Part shown: piece after piece, positions 18,882 to 28,338 of the stretch
How the letters are laid out: every line of letters starts with the position of its first letter
How positions within the stretch are numbered: the stretch's first letter is position 1
Origin: Bacteroidales bacterium
GTDB lineage: Bacteria > Bacteroidota > Bacteroidia > Bacteroidales > JAADGE01
Direction: 5' to 3'
DNA: 64,000 nucleotides
NCBI GenBank assembly: GCA_021108035.1
Contig: JAIORQ010000100.1
Span: 20,210-84,209, forward strand
Made by a program: the position numbers and the translations under genes
The notes under the pieces: generated by a model
Told to the model about the DNA's origin: nothing
The model's input: only the letters and a program-made list of their open reading frames with translations
Database searches by the model: none

Positions 18882-19283
18882 TTAACGATTATTTTCTCGT
18901 TTTCGCCATGTTTCAATTGAAACAACATCCCCCTCAATTACATCCTCTATGAATATTTCAAAGGTTTCAGGATTAACACAGAAAAAATAATAGGTTTCAA
19001 ACCATGTTTCTTGGTTATAACCCACCTGAATAAAATATTCGCTGTGATCTGCATTGGGAGCTTCAATAATTGAAGATAAAGATTGCTCACCGTTTGTCAT
19101 TGCTTTTACGTGAACGGCTGCATCATTATATTCCGGCAGATCTGTAACAGCTTTCATGACTTTATCTTCAACAGTTTCAGTCATGTTGCCGGCTTTATCG
19201 CTTACATTATTATTGGTTGACGAATCATTACAACCGGCGAATAAAAAAAGGCTTATAATTAAGAAAAGAAGTAAATTTTTCAT
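18882..19283 (-). CDS. Hypothetical lipoprotein
   Basis: Lipobox FAGC followed by a Ser/Asn-rich linker. Confidence 0.75.
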   Translation of the reverse strand: MKNLLLFLIISLFLFAGCNDSSTNNNVSDKAGNMTETVEDKVMKAVTDLPEYNDAAVHVKAMTNGEQSLSSIIEAPNADHSEYFIQVGYNQETWFETYYFFCVNPETFEIFIEDVIEGDVVSIETWRKRENNR

Positions 19284-19429
19284 TTATTAAAAATTTTATA
19301 TAAAAGTTTGCTTTTTCTAATAAACTGTCAAATAACACAAAAATCATTAAAATAAAAAAATTAATTACTCGTTCCGAAAAAGAGGGAAAAACAATTTTAA
19401 AATAATATTTATCCACTAAAAATATCAAA

Positions 19430-20527
19430 ATGAAACAACTACTAATCACAGGAACTTTAATATTAATAACTGTTTTGTCAAGTTGTAAAAAAGATGAGGA
19501 TACAGATATACTTCCTGAAGAGGAAAGCAATATTATATTCGTAACTGAAGATGTTACAGCAACAACCACATGGTATTCAGATAAGATTTATGTAATAGAC
19601 GACTATGATTTTTATGTAGATGCAACATTAACAATTCAAGCCGGAACAGTTATTAAATTCCAACAGTCAGAAGGAGCATATCTCGGATTGGGTTCATCCG
19701 GTACAATTGCAGCAAACGGAACTTCAAGCAAACCAATCATTTTTACTTCGTATAAGGACGATATTCACGGCGGAGATACGAACAAAGACGGAACAGCAAC
19801 TAATCCTGCAACAGGAGATTGGAATCATATCAATATTAATGATGCAAACGGATCAACTTTTAATTATTGTGAGTTTTATTATGGAGGCAACGGGTCTTAT
19901 AATTACACCTTAACCTTATACGGATCAAAAAATACGAAAGTTACAAATTGTACATTTGCACATAATCGCGGCGGAAAGGATGGAGATTTTTATTACGGAG
20001 CACTTGATGCAAGCGAGGCAGAAGACGGTACTGTTATAACCGGAAATGTTTTTTATGATAACATACTTCCTTTATCTGTAAGTACAAGTTTTAACTTGGA
20101 TGCCTCTAATACATTTAATAATCCCGGAGATGTAAGCGAAACAAACACGATGAACGGTATCTTTGTTTATGCTATAGATGAGATTTCGACAAATTTAATT
20201 TGGAGTGAGACAGATGTAGCTTATGTGATCAATGATAATGATTTGTGGGTGAACTCCGGAAACTCTTTGACTTTGGCTGATAATGTTGTCATAAAATTTA
20301 CTCCGACTAGTACTTTATTATTAACTGATGGGACAAGTGCTGTCAATCAAGGAAGCGGTAACTACTTTACTTCTTTTAAAGACGATTCAAGAAAAGGAGA
20401 TACTAACGGTGACGGAACAGCAACATTTGCTGCTGCAGGAGATTGGGAAGGCATATACGATGACAGTATGGGTATACCGTCACCCTATTTCTTTACATGG
20501 GCGAATATTTTGTATGATTCCTATTAA
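19430..20527 (+). CDS. Lipoprotein with right-handed parallel beta-helix repeats and an internal duplication
   Basis: Lipobox LSSC; LTIQAGTVIKF, PIIFTS, GDWNHI, FNYCEFYYGG, VTNCTFAHN motifs. Confidence 0.8.
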   Translation: MKQLLITGTLILITVLSSCKKDEDTDILPEEESNIIFVTEDVTATTTWYSDKIYVIDDYDFYVDATLTIQAGTVIKFQQSEGAYLGLGSSGTIAANGTSSKPIIFTSYKDDIHGGDTNKDGTATNPATGDWNHININDANGSTFNYCEFYYGGNGSYNYTLTLYGSKNTKVTNCTFAHNRGGKDGDFYYGALDASEAEDGTVITGNVFYDNILPLSVSTSFNLDASNTFNNPGDVSETNTMNGIFVYAIDEISTNLIWSETDVAYVINDNDLWVNSGNSLTLADNVVIKFTPTSTLLLTDGTSAVNQGSGNYFTSFKDDSRKGDTNGDGTATFAAAGDWEGIYDDSMGIPSPYFFTWANILYDSY

Positions 20528-20580
20528 GGCAAGTTGCAGCCGGTATCTTTTTTGAGTATAAAAATTTTTGTTTCAGGATA

Positions 20581-21075
20581 TTACAAAAGCTCTGTCATTT
20601 TACCGAGTTGTGTAATTCTTGCATCAGTAAATTTAATATCTCTTACAAAGTGCATGTTTCCCCATAAATAGCTGTTTCCCTTTAATATTCGGGTAGTTTT
20701 CATACGCCTTTTCAATCGTTTGATTTCTTTTTCTGTTGCTTTTCTTCTCTCTCCTAATTCTCCGTAAAGCTTTATTGCCGGAAAAGAATTAAATTTAGCT
20801 TTAACTAATGACTTTAACCAAAACCACATATTGCTGTTTACACCGAGGACACATATATTTTGATTATATTCTGCATTTTTCGGTAAAGTTTCCGGATATT
20901 TTTCAAAATAAAAACCGGATTGATTGCGATTTAAAAATAGAGAACCAATGGGTGTTATATCAGGCAAATTTTTATTATTAACGGATGCAATTGCTACATG
21001 AAAATTAGTTCTGAAACTTTTGTTGAAATGTTTTCTGATTTCAAGCCAATTTCTTGTAATGTTGATTTTATTCAT
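20581..21075 (-). CDS. Pyridoxamine 5'-phosphate oxidase-like FMN-binding protein
   Basis: AIASVN...PDITPIGSLFL...GFYFE...ICVLGVN pattern of split-barrel flavoproteins. Confidence 0.75.
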   Translation of the reverse strand: MNKINITRNWLEIRKHFNKSFRTNFHVAIASVNNKNLPDITPIGSLFLNRNQSGFYFEKYPETLPKNAEYNQNICVLGVNSNMWFWLKSLVKAKFNSFPAIKLYGELGERRKATEKEIKRLKRRMKTTRILKGNSYLWGNMHFVRDIKFTDARITQLGKMTELL

Positions 21076-21221
21076 TTGAAAAAGAAAAAGTAGAATCTAA
21101 AGTTAAAACATTTTATCTGATTAACATGAAACTAATTACGTTTTATACTACGGATTTTTAATTTTTAGTATCTTTATGCCCTTAGAGACTAATTCTGTTA
21201 TTAGAAAAGATTATTTGTAAG

Positions 21222-21662
21222 ATGAAACAAAAAAAGATTATAAAATTCAATTCCGATAACAAAGAATTATTAAAAAAGGCATTCGAAATAAGAACAGAAG
21301 TGTTTGTGGAAGAACAAAATGTAGATCATGAGATTGAATATGACGGTTACGATGATGATGCCGGGCATTATATTATTTTTTATAACGATGTTCCGATTGG
21401 AACAGCAAGAAGAAGGTTTACAGAAGAAGGCATTAAATTTGAACGTTTAGCAGTTTTAAAAACATACCGAGGCTTGGGCTTGGGCGGGGATTTAATGCAA
21501 TATATGATGGATGATGTATTACCGACTGATAAAAAGATTTATTTAAACTCTCAAGCAACTGTTGAAAAGATATATGAAAAATACGGTTTTAAGAGAGTAG
21601 GGGAAATGTTTTTTGAAGCAAATATTGAACATTATAAAATGGTGTATGAGCCGAGACAGTAG
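21222..21662 (+). CDS. GNAT N-acetyltransferase (ElaA/YjcF-like)
   Basis: IRTEVFVEEQ, PIGTAR, ERLAVLKTYRGLGLG, LNSQ...YEKYGF...FFEANIEH..M. Confidence 0.93.
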   Translation: MKQKKIIKFNSDNKELLKKAFEIRTEVFVEEQNVDHEIEYDGYDDDAGHYIIFYNDVPIGTARRRFTEEGIKFERLAVLKTYRGLGLGGDLMQYMMDDVLPTDKKIYLNSQATVEKIYEKYGFKRVGEMFFEANIEHYKMVYEPRQ

Positions 21663-21689
21663 CCGTCTGATAATATATGAAGTAATAAT

Positions 21690-22511
21690 ATGAAAACCAA
21701 ACACAAGGTAATATTCGGAAATTGTATGAGTATGGAAGAATTACCTGACAATTTATGTCATTTAATGGTAACTTCACCACCATATTTTAACGCCCCTTTC
21801 GATTATAAAGATTTCTTTAAAAATTATGATACGTTTCTTGGGATGTTAAGCAAATTTGCAGAAGAAACATATAGAGTATTACAAGACGGCAGAATTGCAG
21901 TTGTGAATATTGATGATATGCTTGTAAACGGAACAAAATATCCTATAATTGCAGATACAATTAAAACTTTTCAAAAGGCAGGATTTAGATACCGTGATAA
22001 AATAACTTGGAAAAAACCTGACGGATATTTGCGAATAAGTCGTCGAAGCGGTGTATTATTGCAAAATCCATATCCAATGTATTATTATCCGGATAATCTA
22101 TTGGAAAGCATACTCATATTTCAAAAAGGAAAATTTAATTATCGTTCAATTTCTGAAAGAGTTAGAGAATTATCAAAAATAGACAAAAAAGAATTTCAAG
22201 AAAATAAATGGTATTCAACACTTTGGGAAATAACAAATGTTTTGCCAAACTCAAAACTTGAAAAAAATATTGCAGCTTTTCCGGATGAATTACCTTACAG
22301 AATAATAAAATTGTTTTCCCATAAAGGTGAAATTGTTTTAGACCCGTTTCTTGGAAGTGGCACTACAATGAAAATTGCACGCAAGCTGCAAAGACATAGT
22401 ATTGGATTTGAGTTAATTCGTGATTTGGAAGAAACAATAAAAATTAAAACAGGATTTGATAATTTGATGAATATTAATCCTTTATCTGTCTTTAATATTT
22501 TATTAAATTAA
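21690..22511 (+). CDS. Beta-class N4/N6 DNA methyltransferase
   Basis: VTSPPY catalytic motif in the N-terminal part; AAFPDELPYRIIKLFS and LDPFLGSGTT SAM-binding motif in the C-terminal part. Confidence 0.93.
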   Translation: MKTKHKVIFGNCMSMEELPDNLCHLMVTSPPYFNAPFDYKDFFKNYDTFLGMLSKFAEETYRVLQDGRIAVVNIDDMLVNGTKYPIIADTIKTFQKAGFRYRDKITWKKPDGYLRISRRSGVLLQNPYPMYYYPDNLLESILIFQKGKFNYRSISERVRELSKIDKKEFQENKWYSTLWEITNVLPNSKLEKNIAAFPDELPYRIIKLFSHKGEIVLDPFLGSGTTMKIARKLQRHSIGFELIRDLEETIKIKTGFDNLMNINPLSVFNILLN

Positions 22512-22516
22512 AAGAA

Positions 22517-23413
22517 ATGAATGAAAGCTATAAATATTGTTTTGATAAGATAAATTTGATGATTAAAAGGTCAAAGACAAAAATTATTTTCCCAATAATT
22601 ACTTACGGACTTCTTATTGATTATATTAATGAAAGAAAAATTATTTTTGAAGATAATGAAATTAAGAAAAGTTATCAAAATGCAGTAAATAAATTCAAGG
22701 AAATACTTGGACACGATATTCATATTGGTGGAAAATACTATGATGCTTACCCCTCACGTAATTTACCAAAATATGGAGTATTATCAGTTTTAGCTAATAA
22801 GAAATATGAATTGGCAGCGAATTACTATAATAATGCAAATAAATTGGTTGATACTATTCCTCAATTGGTAAAAAGTTTTATTGACGATAAACTCGGGAGT
22901 ATACCTATTTTCGATAATCCAAAAGTACGATTTGAAAAAACAAAAAATAATATCATTTTTTTTGATTTAATTGAAAATCAAATTGAAATTAATCCAACTA
23001 ATTTTGAGATATTTTGCTTTGCGATATTAAAAGTTCATTTAGAAAAATTTGCTTGCAAAATATATAGAGACACAAGAACTTCTGCACACGATAAAGGTGT
23101 CGATTTATCAACAAACTTTGGAGTTATCTACCAAATAAAAAAGTTAAAGCTTTTAAATGAAAATTCTGCGAAAAATATTTATAATGAATTACAGACCAAT
23201 TTTTCAAGTGATAGACTGCAAGATGGAAATGTAATTCTGATAATTGATGATATTTCAAAAGATGTTAAAAGTTTCTTAATAAATATGAAAGTTCAAACAA
23301 TTACAAAATCTGAATTGCTGAAACTCGTGAGACTTTTAGAGGTTGAAGATAGGATGAAAGTTCTTAAAATTGTTTATGATGAGTTTTGTAGAGAATATAA
23401 AAGCGATATATAA
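22517..23413 (+). CDS. Probable type II restriction endonuclease (PD-(D/E)xK, HaeII-like motif)
   Basis: Directly downstream of the MTase. RTSAHDKGVDLSTNFGVIYQIKKL resembles a D..G.D...Q.K nuclease core; the HaeII-like label is from memory. Confidence 0.7.
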   Translation: MNESYKYCFDKINLMIKRSKTKIIFPIITYGLLIDYINERKIIFEDNEIKKSYQNAVNKFKEILGHDIHIGGKYYDAYPSRNLPKYGVLSVLANKKYELAANYYNNANKLVDTIPQLVKSFIDDKLGSIPIFDNPKVRFEKTKNNIIFFDLIENQIEINPTNFEIFCFAILKVHLEKFACKIYRDTRTSAHDKGVDLSTNFGVIYQIKKLKLLNENSAKNIYNELQTNFSSDRLQDGNVILIIDDISKDVKSFLINMKVQTITKSELLKLVRLLEVEDRMKVLKIVYDEFCREYKSDI

Positions 23414-23415
23414 TT

Positions 23416-23739
23416 ATGAAAAAGAATTTTTCTGGTAAAAGATATAATTTTCAGATAGAAATTGATTATAGTACAGGTTATTTTGAAATTTATTCACAAT
23501 ATAAAGAAACGAATCAAATTTCATGTATTACAAATCTAAATTATTTACTTTCTGAATTTAACAGTTATTATAAACGAAACGATGAAGTTGATGAAACAAC
23601 ATGGGTTATTAAAAATACTGAAAGATTAAAGATGTTATTCAAAACGACAAATAAAAATTTTGATGATATTCGTTTTATTTCACATTTAGAACAACAACTT
23701 GATATTGATAGAAATTATGGTGGATGGAACTGCGAATAA
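23416..23739 (+). CDS. Hypothetical protein within the R-M cassette
   Basis: 107-aa ORF starting 2 bp after the REase stop; no family recognised. Confidence 0.6.
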   Translation: MKKNFSGKRYNFQIEIDYSTGYFEIYSQYKETNQISCITNLNYLLSEFNSYYKRNDEVDETTWVIKNTERLKMLFKTTNKNFDDIRFISHLEQQLDIDRNYGGWNCE

Positions 23740-24232
23740 TAATTTTAAAATATTTTGTAATATCTCAAATGCCGCTTTTAATGATAGATATACGCTATCA
23801 AGCGTTGAACGAGTGAAAGCATTAGCAACAGTTTTATCTGATACAGAAATAACAAACTACGATTTTAAACAAGTAATTGAAACAAAAGGAAAAAATGTTT
23901 TCTTTTTTCTTGACCCGCCATATTATTCGGCAACAAAATCAGCTTTATACGGAAAAAACGGGAATATGCACAAAACATTTAATCATGAAAGATTTGCAAA
24001 TGTTTTAAAAGAAACAAAACATAAGTGGTTAATAACCTATGACGATAGTAAATATATTCGAGAATTATTTTCTTTTGCTAATATCACGGCTTGGGATTTA
24101 ACCTACGGAATGAGAAACGTAAATAAAAACGGAAATCAAACAGGAAAGGAACTATTTATTTCAAACTATGTAAATGATATTACAAAAGGAGATAAACAAT
24201 TAAAACTGTTCAATGAAAAAAATTTAAAATAG
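23699..24232 (+). pseudogene. 5'-truncated Dam/D12-class N6-adenine methyltransferase
   Basis: Keeps FFLDPPYY, FNHERFA, KWLITYDD and ELFISNY but lacks the N-terminal SAM-binding (YPGGK / EPF.GGG) half. Similarity appears to start near SNAAF (~23770). Confidence 0.8.
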
Positions 24233-24253
24233 AAGTTCAAAAAACAAACAATA

Positions 24254-26422
24254 ATGAAACGAGAACGGAAAGCGGCACATTTTGATTCTAAAGCTAAAGG
24301 ATCCGGCAAACTGCGAGAAAAGATAAGGGGATCACATATAAAAAGAGCGAATATACCGGTTCAAGAAGTTTCAAAAAAAACAAAATTGCTGTGGTTATTT
24401 ATTATAACAACAGTTACACTAATTGCCTATTATCCTGCATTTGATAATGAAATTACATCTTGGGATGATGAATTTTATATAAATGAAAATCCTTATTTAA
24501 AAGATCTTTCGGGAGAAAATGTTTCAAAGCTTTTTGATTTTGATACTTACTATATGGGAAATTATCATCCTCTTGCAATGATTTCTTTATCAATAGACTA
24601 CGCAATCGGAGGAGAAGATGAGAATGGGAACATTAATCCGTTTATATTTCATTTTACAAATATAATTTTACATATTCTTGTAAGCCTGTTGGTCTTTTGG
24701 TTTGTTTTGGCTTTATTGAAAAATTTTAATATTGCCGTAATTGCCGGTTTGTTGTTCGGGGTCCATACTCTTCATGTAGAATCTGTCGTTTGGATTTCTG
24801 AACGAAAAGATGTTCTTTATTCTCTGTTTTTTGTTGCTTCTTTGGTTTCTTATGTAAAATATATTGACAATAAAAAAATCAGTTTATATATACTTTCTCT
24901 CATTCTTTTTTCTCTTTCGTTGTTTTCTAAAGGACAGGCTGTATCATTGGCGGTTACAATAATTATTATTGACTTTTTAAGAAAACGTAAACTTTCAGAT
25001 CTAAAGATTATTGCAGAAAAAATACCGTTCTTTGCATTGGCAATATTTTTCGGACTTGTGGCTATCGGTGCTCAAAAAGAAAGTGAAGCACTCGTTGATG
25101 AACAGGCTTATACATTTGTGCAAAGGATCGGAATTGCGTCTTTTGCATTTATGCAATATGTAATTAAGTTGATATTACCGGTTAATTTGTCTGCAATTAA
25201 TCCGTATCCGGATATTATCGGGCAAAAAATACCCGGCCTTTATTATTTAATGATTATTCCGGTTTTTTTAATTGCCGGTTTGTTTTTTTGGTTGCTGAAA
25301 AAGGGAAAAAATATCCTTGTTTTCAGTATTGCATTTTTTGTTGCTAATATTTTCTTGCTTTTGCAATTTATACCTGTAGGAAGTGCTGTTTATGCTGATC
25401 GTTATGCATATATACCGTCAATTGGTTTTTTTATACTGATTGCGTTTTTAATTATGCAAATGATACAAAAAAACGAAAAGAACAAAATGATTTTTTATGG
25501 TTTTACAGGATTTTATATAGTTGTATTAGCCGGATTAAGTTTTATGCGTTCAGAAATTTGGCAAAACAGCGAAACCTTATGGAATGATACTGTAGAGAAA
25601 TCACCGAAATCTGTTGTTGCATGGAATAATTTGGGAAGTTATAAAGATAAAAAAGCTGCTGCTGCAATGGAAGATTTGCGTTTTGATGAGGCTAAAAGAT
25701 TACGTCTTGAAGCAATAGGTAATTTCTCAAAAGCAATTGCCGGAAAACCGGATTATAAAAACGCGTTTTATAACAGAGGTGTATCAAGTTTTGAAGTTGG
25801 TAAGCTAATGAAAGACAGCTCTTTAATTGTTTCTTCCATTAAAGATTTTGATAAGGCATTAGAGCAAGATGCTCAATTTCCGGATGCATATCATAACAGA
25901 GGAAATGCAAAAGCAGAATTAGGAAAATTAGAAGCAGCTTTGAAAGATTTTAATTTAGCGATTGACCTAAAACCAAATGAATCGAATTTTTATGCTAACA
26001 GAGGCGTAACAAAAGGAAAACTGGGAGATTTAAAGGGAGCATTTGAAGACTTTAACATGTCTTTAAGTATTGATCCTAATGAATCTGCTGTTTATTCCAA
26101 CAGAGGAAAAGCCAAAATGCTGGGAGGAGATGTTTCCGGTGCGATTGCAGATTATGATATCGCTGTTCGGATAAATCCTAAACATCATACAGCATATTTT
26201 AACAGAGCATTGGCAAAACAAAAATCTCAAGACCTAAAAGGAGCTTTAGAAGATTTTAATGCGGCAATTTCAATAAATCCGAAAATGGCTGATGCATATT
26301 ATTTCAGAGGCTTCTTATTTTTGGATTTGAATAATAAAGAAGCAGCATGTAATGATTTTAAACAAGCAAGTTATATGGGAATAGCTGTTGCAGGTGTATT
26401 GTTGCAACAATATTGTCAATAG
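24254..26422 (+). CDS. TMTC-like GT-C membrane glycosyltransferase with C-terminal TPR repeats
   Basis: WDDEFYI, YHPL, FHFTNIILH, HVESVVWISERKDVL, SKGQAV, ADRYAYIPS, WQNSETLW; about 11 TM helices, then about 8 TPRs (AYxNRG). Confidence 0.88.
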   Translation: MKRERKAAHFDSKAKGSGKLREKIRGSHIKRANIPVQEVSKKTKLLWLFIITTVTLIAYYPAFDNEITSWDDEFYINENPYLKDLSGENVSKLFDFDTYYMGNYHPLAMISLSIDYAIGGEDENGNINPFIFHFTNIILHILVSLLVFWFVLALLKNFNIAVIAGLLFGVHTLHVESVVWISERKDVLYSLFFVASLVSYVKYIDNKKISLYILSLILFSLSLFSKGQAVSLAVTIIIIDFLRKRKLSDLKIIAEKIPFFALAIFFGLVAIGAQKESEALVDEQAYTFVQRIGIASFAFMQYVIKLILPVNLSAINPYPDIIGQKIPGLYYLMIIPVFLIAGLFFWLLKKGKNILVFSIAFFVANIFLLLQFIPVGSAVYADRYAYIPSIGFFILIAFLIMQMIQKNEKNKMIFYGFTGFYIVVLAGLSFMRSEIWQNSETLWNDTVEKSPKSVVAWNNLGSYKDKKAAAAMEDLRFDEAKRLRLEAIGNFSKAIAGKPDYKNAFYNRGVSSFEVGKLMKDSSLIVSSIKDFDKALEQDAQFPDAYHNRGNAKAELGKLEAALKDFNLAIDLKPNESNFYANRGVTKGKLGDLKGAFEDFNMSLSIDPNESAVYSNRGKAKMLGGDVSGAIADYDIAVRINPKHHTAYFNRALAKQKSQDLKGALEDFNAAISINPKMADAYYFRGFLFLDLNNKEAACNDFKQASYMGIAVAGVLLQQYCQ

Positions 26423-26438
26423 ATGATATTAGAATTAA

Positions 26439-26700
26439 GGGCACTCCTAAAAACTCATTTCTTTCAAAAAACAAATAGAACAAATGAGATGCAAGTCATA
26501 TTTTTTTTTGGAATAGCATTAGCTATTTCAAAAAAAATTGACGAAGCAGATTATTTGTTATCTTTGTTCCCAAAGGGTTTCCATAGCTTTTCATATACTT
26601 CACCAAATTTCATCACATTATCCCGATAGTGTTTCATAAATTTGGATTGTCTATGAAAAGCTATGAAAATTTTGATGCGAATGAGTTTTTAGGAGTGCCC
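26439..26700. mobile_element. MITE-like non-autonomous element, 262 bp
   Basis: Perfect 20-bp terminal inverted repeats GGGCACTCCTAAAAACTCAT / ATGAGTTTTTAGGAGTGCCC, flanked by TTAA on both sides (26435-38, 26701-04); two internal hairpins; no credible ORF. Confidence 0.85.
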
Positions 26701-26753
26701 TTAAGATTATATATAAAATGTTCTGAATTTACAATTACAGATCAGGTAAAACA

Positions 26754-27200
26754 CTAATCAGATTTATATTTGAGTTCATACAGTTCCTTTTCTAATTCTT
26801 CAATGCGCTCTTTAAGTTTTTGATTTTCCTTTTCAACATCTGTTTCACCTTCCTTTTTAATTTTTTCTGCACATGTAATAAAATATCGGGTATCTCCCCA
26901 CCAAGCAAAAGTTCTGTAGCGTTCTTTATATGTTAAACGAACTTTTTTGCCTTGTAGTGAAACTAATTGATCAATTACTTCTTCATCGCTGTCGAGAACA
27001 GAGAATAAAAACTTTTTTTCATTGGAAACACCTTGGCTCAATTCTCCTTCCCATGTTTTAAACATTACTCCCCTTTGACTGAATTTTATCAGTTCTCCGG
27101 CTCTGTATCCTTCGCTGAAGGTTACAAAATATACAAATGTCATAAATCCGGCTATACTGACAATAATGATTAGTCCTGCCCATATAAGAAATTTTTTCAT
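26754..27200 (-). CDS. Conserved membrane-anchored hypothetical protein
   Basis: N-terminal TM helix, FSEGYRAGELIKFS.RG..FKTWEGEL motif, C-terminal coiled coil. Confidence 0.75.
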   Translation of the reverse strand: MKKFLIWAGLIIIVSIAGFMTFVYFVTFSEGYRAGELIKFSQRGVMFKTWEGELSQGVSNEKKFLFSVLDSDEEVIDQLVSLQGKKVRLTYKERYRTFAWWGDTRYFITCAEKIKKEGETDVEKENQKLKERIEELEKELYELKYKSD

Positions 27201-27402
27201 ATACTGTTGATTTTAAATTGGTTTAAATAATTTCTTGTAAAAATACAAATTGTTTTATTAAAAAACAGAATTTCTTAAGTGTATTATCACAAAAATTATA
27301 GTAATGTAACGAGCTTATAGTCAGAAAGAAAACAGGGTCTAATTAATAAAGTAAATAAAAATGAAACTTAGGGCACGGTTTTTTCGTATACCAACATGAA
27401 AA

Positions 27403-28281
27403 ATGAAATCACAGAGACATTTGAAAAGACTTATATTCATAATAACATTAACTTGTTTTGCATTTGTGCATACAAATGCACAAAGGTTTGATATTTATGA
27501 AGGAGATACGATTAACTGTATTAATAAAAAAAACCAAAAAGAAGGGCTTTGGATAATTTTTAAATCCGGGACAGAGCTAATTCTTCAAAAAGGGAGTTAT
27601 TTGAAAGGGAAAAAAGAAGGTTTATGGACAACATATTATACCGGCGGACAAAAGAAATCTGAAATTTCTTATTTACAGGATGAAAAAAATGGTTACGCCG
27701 TGATATATTTTGAAAACGGTAACATTGCGGAAGAGGGAATATGGTTAGTTGATAAATGGGTTGGGAAATATAAATCGTATTATGAGAACGGAAAACTTTT
27801 TTATTCTTGGAATTATAATAATAAGGGCACAAGAAGCGGATACCAACAATATTTCTATAAAAACGGAGAAATTAAGATTGAAGGTGAATGGCTGGAAGGC
27901 AAAGAAACCGGGACTATCAGAGAGTATTATTCTTCCGGAACAATAAAAGCCGAAAAAAAATTTAATGAAGGGAAAGTTGATCCGGAAGCAATAAAGATTT
28001 ATAATATAACTGAAAATAAAAATGATGCAACAGATACAAATGTAAATGATACCCAAGATAGTGATACCGTTATTGCATTTTATACCAAGGCGGATACCGT
28101 AAAAGTATTTCACGGAAACGGGAAACATGTATTTTACAATAAACATAAGAAAGTCGAAAAAGACGGATTCTTTACAGACGGGATATTAATAGACGGAAAG
28201 CATTATATTTATGATAAAAACGGAGTTCTTATAAGGACATTAATATATAAAGAAGGGAAGATCACAGAGGTTAATGAATAA
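27403..28281 (+). CDS. Exported MORN-variant repeat protein (YwqK-like)
   Basis: Signal peptide; repeated G.W..YY.NG...EG units. Confidence 0.88.
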   Translation: MKSQRHLKRLIFIITLTCFAFVHTNAQRFDIYEGDTINCINKKNQKEGLWIIFKSGTELILQKGSYLKGKKEGLWTTYYTGGQKKSEISYLQDEKNGYAVIYFENGNIAEEGIWLVDKWVGKYKSYYENGKLFYSWNYNNKGTRSGYQQYFYKNGEIKIEGEWLEGKETGTIREYYSSGTIKAEKKFNEGKVDPEAIKIYNITENKNDATDTNVNDTQDSDTVIAFYTKADTVKVFHGNGKHVFYNKHKKVEKDGFFTDGILIDGKHYIYDKNGVLIRTLIYKEGKITEVNE

Positions 28282-28282
28282 A

Positions 28283-28316
28283 AAAACCTTCCGTCAATCG
28301 GAAGGTTTTCTTTTTT
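28283..28316. terminator. Bidirectional intrinsic terminator between convergent genes
   Basis: AAAACCTTCCG-TCAAT-CGGAAGGTTTT with an A run before and a T run after. Confidence 0.85.
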
Positions 28317-28338
28317 ATAAGGGTTATGATAACCTGTG

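Noticed and set aside
26423-26629. 68-aa ORF after the TMTC-like gene
   Set aside because: It runs through the MITE's inverted repeat and hairpins and shows no transposase motif; treated as spurious.
27403-28281. YwqK-like protein as a toxin-antitoxin antitoxin
   Set aside because: It has a signal peptide, its own terminator and no adjacent toxin; the MORN repeats alone explain the similarity.
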